Assembly (NCBI GenBank): GCA_963663165.1
Contig: OY760175.1
Coordinates: 1,856,001-1,920,000, forward strand
DNA length: 64,000 bases
Source: an uncultured Desulfospira sp.
GTDB lineage: Bacteria > Desulfobacterota > Desulfobacteria > Desulfobacterales > Desulfobacteraceae
Direction: 5' to 3'
Under the pieces are notes generated by a model, which was not told the origin of the DNA, ran no database searches, and saw nothing but the letters and a program-made list of their open reading frames with translations. Positions within the stretch are counted from its first letter, which is position 1; each line of letters opens with the position of its first letter. The position numbers were made by a program, and so were the translations under genes. Of this stretch, positions 30,896-41,118 are shown in pieces.

Positions 30896-32829
30896 ATCGG
30901 GTAGGTCGGGGGCTTTACAGCCCCTTTCCCCCCTCAGAACCGTACGTGACAGTTTCCCGTCATACGGCTCAAGCATTTCTAAGGCTGAGCCTTGCGGGGC
31001 CGCCCGGCTGTTTTCTCTTGCCAATGCTGAAATTTACAGTTATTTCATTACATATTTTCTCGGCCGCTGTGACAGGGATCACCTTTGGTTTCACCCGTCT
31101 TGCCCAGTGGATTTTATCCATGAAGGCCTGCACATTTTTCCTGGATGGTTTAATGAGCAGTTTGCCGTCATACTTACGAACGTTTTGGCCCAGAAAATCG
31201 AATCCCCGGTCAATTCGGGTAATCAGGGTCTTTTCTTCAGACAGGGATAGATCCCGTTCCGAGAGAAATCTGATTATGGCCGGTTTGACCTTGTCTTCAA
31301 GAAGTTCCCGGGTTGCACCGGTAATAATGAAATCATCAGCATACCGGATGACGTTGATTTTGGAACTGATGTCCTTACCGTTGCGTCTGTCCCTGACAGG
31401 GGCAACAGATCCGGCAGTCCCTTCAATGCCGTCCAGAACCATGTTGGCCAGTGTGGGAGAGGCAATGCCGCCTTGCGGCGTTCCCCGGCCTGTTGGAAAG
31501 AATTTACCGTCCTCCATAAACCCGGAAGCCAGCCATTTGGTAAGGATCATCTTATCCATAGGGATATGGTCGATCATCCAGTCATGGCTGATTTCATCAA
31601 AGCAGGCTTTAATATCCGCTTCAAGTATCCAGACCGGCGAGGTTTTCTTGGCCAGTGTATTAAAGCATTGGGATATGGCGTCCGCACATCGCCTGTATGA
31701 CCTGAATCCGTATGAATTGTGGTCGGCCAGTGTTTCTGCTATCGGCTCCAATGCCAGTTTATACAATGCCTGAACAGCCCTGTCGATCATTGTGGGAATA
31801 CTTAACGGACGTTTCTTGCCGTTCTTTTTGGGAATATAGATCCGCCTGAGCGGTGATGGCTGGTATCCTCTCCGTTTGAGGTTGCCTGCTGCCTGGAATT
31901 TCTGCCTGGCGGTTTTCCAGGTGACGTTGTCGACACCCGGAGTGCGTTTCCCTTTATTGGAGGTCACGCGTTTTACAGCTAACAGCTTTGCCTGGTAAGA
32001 GTGGGTCAGAAGCCACTGGAGGGCCTTGGCCCGTCCGTATCTTCCTTCTTTCACAGCCTTTGCGATACGCATTTGCAGTCTTTTAACAGCTTCATAAATG
32101 GCTTTCCAATGAATGGACTTCCAATTCCTGAAACTGCCGATGGGCGCACCAGCTGTTGCCGTCATTTGCCTTCCCATCTTCAAAGATTCTCCAGACTCTC
32201 TCGCAAAGAAACACCTGCCCGGGTGTGCCTGTAGCCACACCCGCCGGACGTCAGCTCCCTTTCGGGCCGGATAATGTTGGGATGTTCTCCTCAATCCGTA
32301 TCCACCTCATTACAAGATGGCCTTCGCTTTTTCCTGCATCTTACTCCAGCACCTCCATCAGTGTGCCTTACGGTTTCACCTGCCGAATACTCCCGGCGAA
32401 GATACGGGGTTTCCACGTTCCACACTATTGCCAATTAGTGGATGACTTAGGCCTGCCCTCTGCACCGGCGGCGCAACATCTCCGTGCAGGCAGTTAGGAA
32501 ACCGGCAGCCTGACCGCTCACCTTTTGGTCCAAGCTTACCAGCCTCTTTAGCTTGTTCTCCCTGACGGTACTTACGGAACATTCAACTACTTTGACCATA
32601 TCATCCAAACCCTTGCCCTCACCCGGATTGAGGCTTCCAGGAGGGTATCTGCCTCACGGCTTCCACCCCTTCCGCAGTTGCGGAATTCGGTACGTTGTCG
32701 GTTGGGCTTCACACCGTTGCCGGATGCACCGACCACCGCATGCCACCTAGGGTACCGGCAGGAGAATGCCGGGTTTGGTCAGGACCGACTGGCCCGCCAA
32801 ACAGCCAATAATGCGACTTCGTGTCGCAC
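30896..32829 (-). mobile_element. Group II intron I5 (chloroplast-like class) with RT ORF
   Basis: GTGCGAC/ACCCGAT ends; inserted at GTTGTG^C. Confidence 0.93.
30969..32177 (-). CDS. ltrA: Group II intron reverse transcriptase; X domain apparently truncated, no endonuclease
   Basis: RVT_N-type N-terminus, GTPQGG, RYADD, FDFLG; lacks the usual RGWxNY segment. Confidence 0.88.
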   Translation of the reverse strand: MGRQMTATAGAPIGSFRNWKSIHWKAIYEAVKRLQMRIAKAVKEGRYGRAKALQWLLTHSYQAKLLAVKRVTSNKGKRTPGVDNVTWKTARQKFQAAGNLKRRGYQPSPLRRIYIPKKNGKKRPLSIPTMIDRAVQALYKLALEPIAETLADHNSYGFRSYRRCADAISQCFNTLAKKTSPVWILEADIKACFDEISHDWMIDHIPMDKMILTKWLASGFMEDGKFFPTGRGTPQGGIASPTLANMVLDGIEGTAGSVAPVRDRRNGKDISSKINVIRYADDFIITGATRELLEDKVKPAIIRFLSERDLSLSEEKTLITRIDRGFDFLGQNVRKYDGKLLIKPSRKNVQAFMDKIHWARRVKPKVIPVTAAEKICNEITVNFSIGKRKQPGGPARLSLRNA

Positions 32830-32937
32830 CACAACGGGGAGCTCAGCCGAGCAGATTGTCGAAGCCAAGTTTTTTCGAAAACCAGGAGCTTCCGAAAAGC
32901 CGCTATCCCCCGGGTCGGCTGCAGCGTTTTGTTGGCT
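32830..32937 (-). other. attC site 8 (internal deletion)
   Basis: R'' AGCCAAC; lacks the segment between two CAGCCGA repeats seen in site 4. Confidence 0.83.
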
Positions 32938-32947
32938 TGTTATTTGA

Positions 32948-33172
32948 TTAAATCTTCCGTGAGCGTGAATCCCGAATAGCATCGAGAATATCATCAGTAG
33001 AGGCTTTAGTCTTTATTCCAGGGACATCAAATGGAGAGGATTTTTTCTCCTTTTTAAAAAGCACAGTATACATTTCTCCTCCTCGACGCTTTATGACCAC
33101 TTCTTCAGAACGTGCCATATCTAAAACCGTTGAAAGCTTTTGTCGAGCTTCTGAGTATGTGAATACTTTCAT
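32948..33172 (-). CDS. Phd/YefM antitoxin
   Basis: MKVFTYSEARQKLSTVLD...EVVIKRR. Confidence 0.9.
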   Translation of the reverse strand: MKVFTYSEARQKLSTVLDMARSEEVVIKRRGGEMYTVLFKKEKKSSPFDVPGIKTKASTDDILDAIRDSRSRKI

Positions 33173-33176
33173 TTTT

Positions 33177-33569
33177 TTATACCTCCAGAGTCTGGATACC
33201 TAAATCATTTGCGACTTCAAACATTCTGCGATCAAGGGTAAGCAATGGGCTATGCAGAGAAAGGGCGCATGTTAGAAAATAGGCATCATATGCATAGATG
33301 TTAAATTTAGAGGCAATCTCAAGTGCTTGGGGGATATCAATCATACGCAAATCTACAGGTATCTTTTGAGTTGCATACCAAATATCGGGGAGTTCCTCTT
33401 TGGTTATTCTTTGTCTTTTGAGCATGGCAGATAAAGCATTGCCAATTTCAAACGGTAACACTTCAGGCGCGATCAGTTCATGCCCAATGGAAAGGTCGAT
33501 TATGCGGTCTCTTTCCGGTTCGTACAAAGTGACGGCCAAAAATGTATTTGTATCTGCTGTTATTTTCAT
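33177..33569 (-). CDS. vapC: VapC/PIN toxin
   Basis: ADTN, FEIGNAL, YAYDAYFL, LLTLD. Confidence 0.9.
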   Translation of the reverse strand: MKITADTNTFLAVTLYEPERDRIIDLSIGHELIAPEVLPFEIGNALSAMLKRQRITKEELPDIWYATQKIPVDLRMIDIPQALEIASKFNIYAYDAYFLTCALSLHSPLLTLDRRMFEVANDLGIQTLEV

Positions 33570-33570
33570 A

Positions 33571-33605
33571 TGTACAATTGTACGTTTATTTCGCATTCTG
33601 TCAAG
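33571..33605 (-). promoter_or_regulatory. TA cassette promoter with palindromic operator
   Basis: TTGACA-N16-TACAAT overlapping the palindrome GTACAATTGTAC. Confidence 0.65.
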
Positions 33606-33656
33606 AAGTTAAAGCAAAAAAATGATTCATGATTCTATGCCGGATTTTTGAACGCT

Positions 33657-33794
33657 CTCGCGGTAGGAACGCCGGTTACCCGACGCCCGCCCGCACAGAC
33701 CCGGACGTGCGGTTTTCCCGCATCCGGTTCCTCGGTTATACTCGCTTTCGTGTAAGACATCCGTTTATGTAAACGCTCGATGTCGCCTGTTAAC
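33657..33794 (-). mobile_element. 3' remnant of class-E-like intron (E2), truncated by IS1380
   Basis: Nearly identical to the domain V/VI end of E1. Confidence 0.85.
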
Positions 33795-35640
33795 CCCAAA
33801 ACAAGCGCGTTTTCAAAAAAGATATACTCATGAGCAACCCGCCGTTTGAGGTATTATTTTGGCCACCAACTTGCCATCCAGTAGAAACACGAGTCCCCAG
33901 TTTTTTTGAGTATTGCCAGTTGTCTTGTGTTTCATGTTTTTGTCATTCCTTTTTTGAGACTGCAGGGTTTGGACTCGCCATTGCAACCCGTTTGCAATAA
34001 CTATCCGGAGAGCAATGGCATCATGTAACCCGGACGGTCCTTATAAAATCAAAATATTTGAACATGCTTTGGAGCCGGTTGTTATAGCCAATAATTCGAT
34101 ATTTTATAGCCCTGCCAGATTTCAAAATTAAACAGGGGATGTTTATAAATGTCTGGATAAAACGCTTGAATTCCATGCGGATGATGGAAAGCCCTAATGC
34201 ACGATATGGCATCAGCAGCCCATACCAGGCTTTCAGATCCCATGCCATGGAGGTAATAACCATATAGGCCCAGTTGGCATTCAAAGAGTCTGAAGGATTA
34301 TCCATAGCACGTACGCCATGTTTCAACTGTTCAATATCATTTTCGTGGTCAGCCCGTTTCCGGTAAAAGGCTACCAGTTGTTTGGCCGGTTTTTTCCAAT
34401 CATTGGTAATATAAAAAAAGTAGCGGATATCATCGAACAGTAGTAATTCTCCCTTGAACTCGTTTATTGTTTTACGCAAAACGATCATTCTGTATGGTTT
34501 TTGACATTTTCCCGGTTTGTATTCAAACTCGGCTATATGTTCATACGCAGTCTCTATGCGTTTGAATTTGCGCTTTTTCACCACTTGAAGTTTGATATTC
34601 TCAGGACGTTTCCGGGGCTGAGTTTTAATTTTCGCAGACAGTTTTTCAAGCCTGACCCAGTCGGTTTCAGGAAGAGCATTTGCACGTTTTGTTAGATTTG
34701 ATCTGGCATCCATGCCAAAAATAAAGGAACAACGTTGATCCCATTTGTCAAAGTGCGTGGTAAGGCTGAAATCCGTATCTCCCCGAACGTATAATTTTTT
34801 AAAAGTGCCTTCCGTCAGATCAAGAGCCTTATCCACCCACCGGGCAGAGTCAAGGTGGGACGGGGCATTGCCCGAGCGGTTGATGACATAAAGAGGTTCC
34901 CTTGTTCTCTCCAGTGAAACAACCAGCGGGGCATACCCCCACTTACCATTGTAGGAGATGTCCATACCCTGTTTGCACTTGCCGCTTGTCTCACTGATAG
35001 TTCCGTCAATATTGATGATGGCTGATTCTTTGAAATTTTGAGGCTGCTTTTCCCATATTTTTTTCCGTATGGTATTTTTCACATCCATCAGGGTAATGAT
35101 ATTTTCCTGGGAAAACCGGCGCAAAAAATCCCCTGCCGTTGTCGGATCAGGGATCATTTTTGCGTCCAGAGCATTAAGCCAAGCATCATTGTTTCTTTGC
35201 AATTCAATGTCCTGAAGACAGGTTCCGCCTGCAAGAATATTGTATGCCATATTGGCGACATGATCAGATTCATGATATGGCAAATGGCGCTTGAGCAGCT
35301 CAAGTTCTTTATCGATTTCTTTCAAAAGGCCGGTCTTTTTGGCCAACATATGGATCAGGCCAATGCCTCCATGTGATATTCCCTGAAGGCGACCGTCGAT
35401 CTCATACTGGATATTGGATGCCTTTAGCATGGGAGTTGGCTGCTCAGTCCAATCTCTTTTGTTCAGTTTTTTGCTTATTTTTTTCTTGCGTTTTGCCAAT
35501 TTTTTGATGATATTCTTATTCACTCGAAACGCCCTTTCAATTTGGTATAGTTCGTTTTGCCAAACTCATTATACTCTTTATTGATAGGCGTTTCGAGACT
35601 TTTTTCTCATTTTTATTACTTATTTCACACTTATTTTGGG
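33795..35640 (-). mobile_element. IS1380-family element
   Basis: CCCAAAA/TTTTGGG ends; flanked by GTTAAC on both sides. Confidence 0.9.
34021..35523 (-). CDS. IS1380-family transposase
   Basis: PDPTTAGDFLRRF, IDGT, RGDTDF, RADHENDIEQLK. Confidence 0.92.
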   Translation of the reverse strand: MNKNIIKKLAKRKKKISKKLNKRDWTEQPTPMLKASNIQYEIDGRLQGISHGGIGLIHMLAKKTGLLKEIDKELELLKRHLPYHESDHVANMAYNILAGGTCLQDIELQRNNDAWLNALDAKMIPDPTTAGDFLRRFSQENIITLMDVKNTIRKKIWEKQPQNFKESAIINIDGTISETSGKCKQGMDISYNGKWGYAPLVVSLERTREPLYVINRSGNAPSHLDSARWVDKALDLTEGTFKKLYVRGDTDFSLTTHFDKWDQRCSFIFGMDARSNLTKRANALPETDWVRLEKLSAKIKTQPRKRPENIKLQVVKKRKFKRIETAYEHIAEFEYKPGKCQKPYRMIVLRKTINEFKGELLLFDDIRYFFYITNDWKKPAKQLVAFYRKRADHENDIEQLKHGVRAMDNPSDSLNANWAYMVITSMAWDLKAWYGLLMPYRALGLSIIRMEFKRFIQTFINIPCLILKSGRAIKYRIIGYNNRLQSMFKYFDFIRTVRVT

Positions 35641-35646
35641 GTTAAC

Positions 35647-36266
35647 CCCAAAACAAGCGCGTTTTCAAAAAAGATATACTCATGAGCAACCCGCCGTTTG
35701 AGGTATTATTTTGGCCACCAACTTGCCATCCAGTAGAAACACGAGTCCCCAGTTTTTTTGAGTATTGCCAGTTGTCTTGTGTTTCATGTTTTTGTCATTC
35801 CTTTTTTGAGACTGCAGGGTTTGGACTCGCCATTGCAACCCGTTTGCAATAACTATCCGGAGAGCAATGGCATCATGTAACCCGGACGGTCCTTATAAAA
35901 TCAAAATATTTGAACATGCTTTGGAGCCGGTTGTTATAGCCAATAATTCGATATTTTATAGCCCTGCCAGATTTCAAAATTAAACAGGGGATGTTTATAA
36001 ATGTCTGGATAAAACGCTTGAATTCCATGCGGATGATGGAAAGCCCTAATGCACGATATGGCATCAGCAGCCCATACCAGGCTTTCAGATCCCATGCCAT
36101 GGAGGTAATAACCATATAGGCCCAGTTGGCATTCAAAGAGTCTGAAGGATTATCCATAGCACGTACGCCATGTTTCAACTGTTCAATATCATTTTCGTGG
36201 TCAGCCCGTTTCCGGTAAAAGGCTACCAGTTGTTTGGCCGGTTTTTTCCAATCATTGGTAATATAA
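35647..36266 (-). mobile_element. Tandem partial IS1380 copy truncated by ISAzo13
   Basis: Repeats 33795 onward, separated by GTTAAC. Confidence 0.88.
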
Positions 36267-37434
36267 GGGATGTGGTAAAATTAAAACCCACAATTCATTC
36301 CTCATAGCATGGAATATCAACAGCCCATTTTTCAATCCCTGGAATCCGAATAATTTTGTTTTCTATATTATTCACGGCGGACTTGACCAAACGTACCCCT
36401 GTCGGGTAAACACCTTTGATTAATTTGACGACAGGATTTTCTCCTTTCCATGTCATTGTTCGACATAGACCGAGAACCTTTTCAATTTTGTTCAGCAATT
36501 CGCCTTTCCAATGATTTTCCAAAACACCCCAAACTCGCTCTATTGGGTTGTATTTACTGTGGTACGGGGGATAGTACACCAAACTAATATTTACAAATGC
36601 TGATTTGGCAAAGTCCACGAGGCGACTAATGAATTGGCTCCTTCGGCTACTATTTTCCGGCCCATTATCAAGATTGATCACCAGTGTATGTGGGGCGAAT
36701 CTTGCGTTCAAAGAAGGCCAGAGTGATTCCAGCGCATCAATCATGAAATCAGAGGTGATGTTGCTTTCAGTGAAGTACATATAATTTTCATCCAGAGCAG
36801 GTATGTTGATACCGAAAAGTTTCAAAAGGGAATCGGGTTTAAAATCATGGTCCGCCGCTTTAAGATTGCAACGACTATATCCGCCTCGGGAATAAGGCCC
36901 TATTTTAATAGTGGCTTTTGCGTCCATTGAGATACGTAAAACGCCATCTGTTTCATCGGCTAGTTGGTTTGTCCTATGCACATATTCAAAAATGATGTCT
37001 GTTTCAGGAATTTTTTTTTACCTTGGCTTTGGCGACCTTCTTCAGTTTAAAACCCAATTTATTCATTATGGTGGATAGAGTCCGTACTGTTGGCATATTC
37101 TCAGGGTCATATCCCATGTCGTCTGCTAAGATTCAAAAAATGTAACGCGGATACGCCAAATCAGCTACAAAATAATATAACGGGAAGATATCCCGCCGCT
37201 TTACCCCGCCAATAAAATATATAAACCTTACCTCGCTTACCCCGCAGTTATCCCGCCGCGAATTTTTTCGAAAAAAGCTTTGCCAATCTATTTGGAAGAA
37301 GTCAATACTTCCTTGATAAAAAAGGCTCGAAGCTGCAACTTCGAGCCTTCAATGTAGACATCCGAGTAGGTTACGGAAGCCACACCACCGTTTTTATCTA
37401 ACCACGGCTTCCGTAATTTAGCAAGAGCGGAAGC

Positions 37435-37824
37435 ATGGAAATCGTTTTATTAAAACGTATCGAGTGTAAGCGATGTTTCCAAATTTTCTATGTGTGCCGC
37501 AGTTGCTGGCGGGGGCAGGCATATTGCTGTCAAGAATGCCGCCAGGAGGCCCGCAAAGAAGCGCACTGCAAAGCTCAAAAAAAATATCGACAAACGCCAA
37601 AAGGTAAAGAGGCCCACCGTCGTCAAGAAAAAAACAAAAGATTACGTCAAGCTGAAAAAACCATGGATGATACATCTACTATACCCGGTGTAACCCATGA
37701 TAGTGTCTCTCCCAAGCCATTATGTTCCGGCCCCTGTTGCCATTTTTGTGGGAAAATTGGTTGGGTTGTAGAGCATTTTCCCTGGCGCGGATATGCAAAA
37801 CGACCTGTAAGGGCCAATCAATGA
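37435..37824 (+). CDS. Cys-rich zinc-binding protein (T1 copy 2)
   Basis: Identical protein to 18462-18851. Confidence 0.75.
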   Translation: MEIVLLKRIECKRCFQIFYVCRSCWRGQAYCCQECRQEARKEAHCKAQKKYRQTPKGKEAHRRQEKNKRLRQAEKTMDDTSTIPGVTHDSVSPKPLCSGPCCHFCGKIGWVVEHFPWRGYAKRPVRANQ

Positions 37825-37833
37825 AACATCTTA

Positions 37834-38238
37834 ATGGAGGATAAGACAATGAAAAAAGAAATATTGACAGGCCATTGCAACAAAATGAAAAACAGATTTT
37901 CATCCCGGGAGCTATTTAAACTGAGAAACGATATCCCTGTGGATATGCTGATCCGTGACCATTTACAGATTCCATCCAAAATCAGGGATGGTGTTTTCCG
38001 GTTTTTATGTCCTTTGTGCAATGAGTTTCAAACCGCTGTAAATCCAGCCACCAATCTGGCCAGGTGTTTTCGGTGTGAGAAGAATTTCAACACCATTGAT
38101 CTGGTCATGGAAGTCAAGGGATATGGATTCAGGGACAGTGTATTTTTTTTGAAAGAACTGGATGCGGTCTCCTATGTCCCGGCAAATGTGTTGACGTCTC
38201 TTGCCACCGGTATCGGTCAACCCTGGCCTGGGAAGTAA
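37834..38238 (+). CDS. CHC2-type zinc finger protein (T1 copy 2)
   Basis: Identical protein to 18861-19265. Confidence 0.75.
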   Translation: MEDKTMKKEILTGHCNKMKNRFSSRELFKLRNDIPVDMLIRDHLQIPSKIRDGVFRFLCPLCNEFQTAVNPATNLARCFRCEKNFNTIDLVMEVKGYGFRDSVFFLKELDAVSYVPANVLTSLATGIGQPWPGK

Positions 38239-38240
38239 AG

Positions 38241-38795
38241 ATGAAACGGCTGCTTCAACTGGAGACCCTTATTGCCCGTAATCAGGAGAGTTTCTATAAG
38301 ATCGGTCAGGCGTTAAAAGAAATCCGTGACAGCCGCCTGTACAAACTGGCCCTGTTTGAGACATTTGAAGCATATACCAGGGAACGGTGGGATATGGGCA
38401 AGTCCCATGCATACCGCCTGATCAAATCTTATGAAGTGATCTATAATTTGTCCCCAATTGGGGACAAAACACCTGCCAATGAATCCCAGGTCCGGCCTCT
38501 TGCTCAATTGGACCCCCTGGACCAGCGCAACACCTGGAAGGCAATCATAGACAACGGTATTGAGTTAACCGCACGGAACATCAAAAAATTTGTAGAGGCC
38601 CAAAAAATACCCCCGGAGAACAAACCGGATTTGGCGGAACGGATTTCGGCTGAATACATGGCAGCCGTACATGCAATGATTGAACAGGTGCGGGTGGCCC
38701 AGCATGATCATTGGCAGCAAACGTCCCGGCAGGCTGCATTGTTGTGGCACAGGGTGATCCGCGAAAAAATTTTATCAAAAGGGGCAAGACAATGA
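38241..38795 (+). CDS. Putative DNA-binding protein (T1 copy 2)
   Basis: Identical protein to 19268-19822. Confidence 0.7.
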   Translation: MKRLLQLETLIARNQESFYKIGQALKEIRDSRLYKLALFETFEAYTRERWDMGKSHAYRLIKSYEVIYNLSPIGDKTPANESQVRPLAQLDPLDQRNTWKAIIDNGIELTARNIKKFVEAQKIPPENKPDLAERISAEYMAAVHAMIEQVRVAQHDHWQQTSRQAALLWHRVIREKILSKGARQ

Positions 38796-40459
38796 AGAAC
38801 CTGAGCCTTGATGACCGTTTTTATTTGCTGCTCCATAAAAAAATCATGAATAAAACCGGATCAGCCAAAAGAAGGTCCAAAAAATATTACAAAGACCAGT
38901 ACAGGAAAACCGGCATTATCCCGACGCCCCTTCTACTGGTTGAAAAAGGGATTATGGACGGCCGCAAATGCAGCGGCCGGCCCCGGTCCATAGATGAACA
39001 AACCAAAAGGCGGTTTATCGAAATGGTCAAGGCCTCCTGTGACCCGTCATCCCAGGGGTTTATTTTTATTACCCGAAAAGCCAGAACCATTAAAAATTAC
39101 CACTATTGGCTTGAAAGAGAATTGGGAAAAACCATCAGCCTTCCGGCACTCAGGCGATGTGCCCAAAGGGAAGGCCTTAAATTTTACCTGGAAAAAGAAG
39201 ATTTTGAAGAAAATGCCCCGGTGAAAAACGCATTCAAGCCTGTTCCGGTGTTTGGCCTGATACAGGTAGACGGTTGCAACTTTCGATATTTAAAAATCAA
39301 AAATGAGGCTGGCCACTGGCAAAAACCCCAAGTCATTGAAACGTTTGATACCGGTTCCCGGTACATGTTTGAACTTGATGCCTATTTCGATGAAAGCAGC
39401 TTAAGCTCAGTGGATTTGTTTAACCGGTTTTTGCTTTCCACCCCATTTCCCCAGAAGAAAGTCCGGTTCAGGCCGGATAACGCCACAGGATTTGTAAATC
39501 TCAAAAGAGTCATCAACGCCTTGAATATAAAACATTCCGTTCCCGGAGGATTTTATCTGGCGCCGGATTTTTCAAGGGTAAGTGCCCCCAGGGACAAGGC
39601 CCATCTTGAGTCCTCCCATCGCAGTCTTCATAATTTTGAAATCCGAATCATCAAGGCGTTTGAAGACAGGATTGTAAAGACCGTTCCAGGGGTTATCTTC
39701 AATAATAAGAAAAAAGAAAAAATCACTGTGACACTCCTTGATATTACACTCCGGGATTTAAGACACAGCCCCCTGATAAAAGAATACCGCCACGAACATA
39801 ACCACACCAAACATTATTTTAGCGAAAATGGAAAGATCAGTGCATGGGTTCCGGCACAAAAGCTGGAAGAATTTTTATCAAGGCAAGCCGATATCCTTAC
39901 CTTTTCACCGGATGAGGTGCAGGAATATATGAAGTATGGCTACAGGAAAATAAAAGCCACTGTATCTAACAAAAGAACCATTCGCCATGACAACCGGATC
40001 TATTGTGTAACCAGTGGTACAGACCGGTTCAGCAGGCATAAAAGTACACCGGTGCAAATATCAGTATATAAGGGCAAGCTGTTTATTTTTGAACGGGGGG
40101 AAGACGGCATACTATTGGGCGAAGCCCTTGCCACAAAGCCGTTTGACAAACCACCTGACCCAAAATCTGTACCAGTGGCCCCGGATGAACTCGACATGAT
40201 GATCATTTTTCTGGAAAAGCACAACATGGCCGTCGACCGGCGAGTCTTAATTGAAGCTTATCATAGCGGCCTCACTCTGGCCCGGGCTCAACAAGTGCTT
40301 CATCATAATCAATCCAGGTACAAGAATTATATGAAAAAGATGCGGCAACCTGAAACACAGAAAAAGCAGGCGGTATTCAATGCCTTTATGCTTGACTGCC
40401 GGAAATTGATCAATACAAACCATGTGGCCACGTATGCATCCTGCGGAGATTTAACATGA
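38792..40459 (+). CDS. DDE transposase (T1 copy 2)
   Basis: Identical protein to copy 1. Confidence 0.8.
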   Translation: MKNLSLDDRFYLLLHKKIMNKTGSAKRRSKKYYKDQYRKTGIIPTPLLLVEKGIMDGRKCSGRPRSIDEQTKRRFIEMVKASCDPSSQGFIFITRKARTIKNYHYWLERELGKTISLPALRRCAQREGLKFYLEKEDFEENAPVKNAFKPVPVFGLIQVDGCNFRYLKIKNEAGHWQKPQVIETFDTGSRYMFELDAYFDESSLSSVDLFNRFLLSTPFPQKKVRFRPDNATGFVNLKRVINALNIKHSVPGGFYLAPDFSRVSAPRDKAHLESSHRSLHNFEIRIIKAFEDRIVKTVPGVIFNNKKKEKITVTLLDITLRDLRHSPLIKEYRHEHNHTKHYFSENGKISAWVPAQKLEEFLSRQADILTFSPDEVQEYMKYGYRKIKATVSNKRTIRHDNRIYCVTSGTDRFSRHKSTPVQISVYKGKLFIFERGEDGILLGEALATKPFDKPPDPKSVPVAPDELDMMIIFLEKHNMAVDRRVLIEAYHSGLTLARAQQVLHHNQSRYKNYMKKMRQPETQKKQAVFNAFMLDCRKLINTNHVATYASCGDLT

Positions 40460-41118
40460 AGGCAGATTTTATCAGTGACAAACGAAGGGTATCATACCTG
40501 AGCGCCACTTATAGCCGGATCTACCGGGGCCGGAGCGTACTCATTGAGGGAGATTTTGGAGCGGGAAAAACCAGGTTTTTAAAACTGCTTCGTCCCAAAA
40601 AACTTCATGCCGTATGGGTAGAGTCCCTGTTCAACATACACGAAACCCTGGCATCCATACTCAAAGAATTGAACTATGACACCACAGCCACATATCGCAG
40701 AACTCCCCAGTACCTGAAAATGATCTGCAACCTGTCCAACTGCTTTATTATTATTGATGAGGCCAATGATCTGGATACCAGGGTCTGGCCATATCTTAAG
40801 CGGATCATTGATGCCGGTGTTCCTATTGTTTTTGCAGGGCTTCCAAAGGTCAGGACCTATTTGATTCGCAATCACCCTGATATCCTCAGCCGGTTGAAAA
40901 CCCTGATTTTATATCCCATAGAGGTTGAGGGCTTTATCGAACAATATAAAGATATCCAGCAGGAAGCCGTTGAGCAAATTTATATGGCGGTCAAAGGCGA
41001 CATGCGTAAATTTAAAGAAATCTGTACTGACTGCCGGGACAAGGCAAAGGAATTGAACCACCAATTTGTTGACATTAATCTTGCCCTGGAGTTTATATCT
41101 GACCTTCCTCCCCAGTAA
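40456..41118 (+). CDS. AAA+ ATPase (T1 copy 2)
   Basis: Identical protein to copy 1. Confidence 0.88.
   Translation: MKADFISDKRRVSYLSATYSRIYRGRSVLIEGDFGAGKTRFLKLLRPKKLHAVWVESLFNIHETLASILKELNYDTTATYRRTPQYLKMICNLSNCFIIIDEANDLDTRVWPYLKRIIDAGVPIVFAGLPKVRTYLIRNHPDILSRLKTLILYPIEVEGFIEQYKDIQQEAVEQIYMAVKGDMRKFKEICTDCRDKAKELNHQFVDINLALEFISDLPPQ

Noticed and set aside
30969..32177. RT as retron, DGR or defence RT
   Set aside because: It lies inside a complete group II ribozyme with domain V and GTGCG/AT ends
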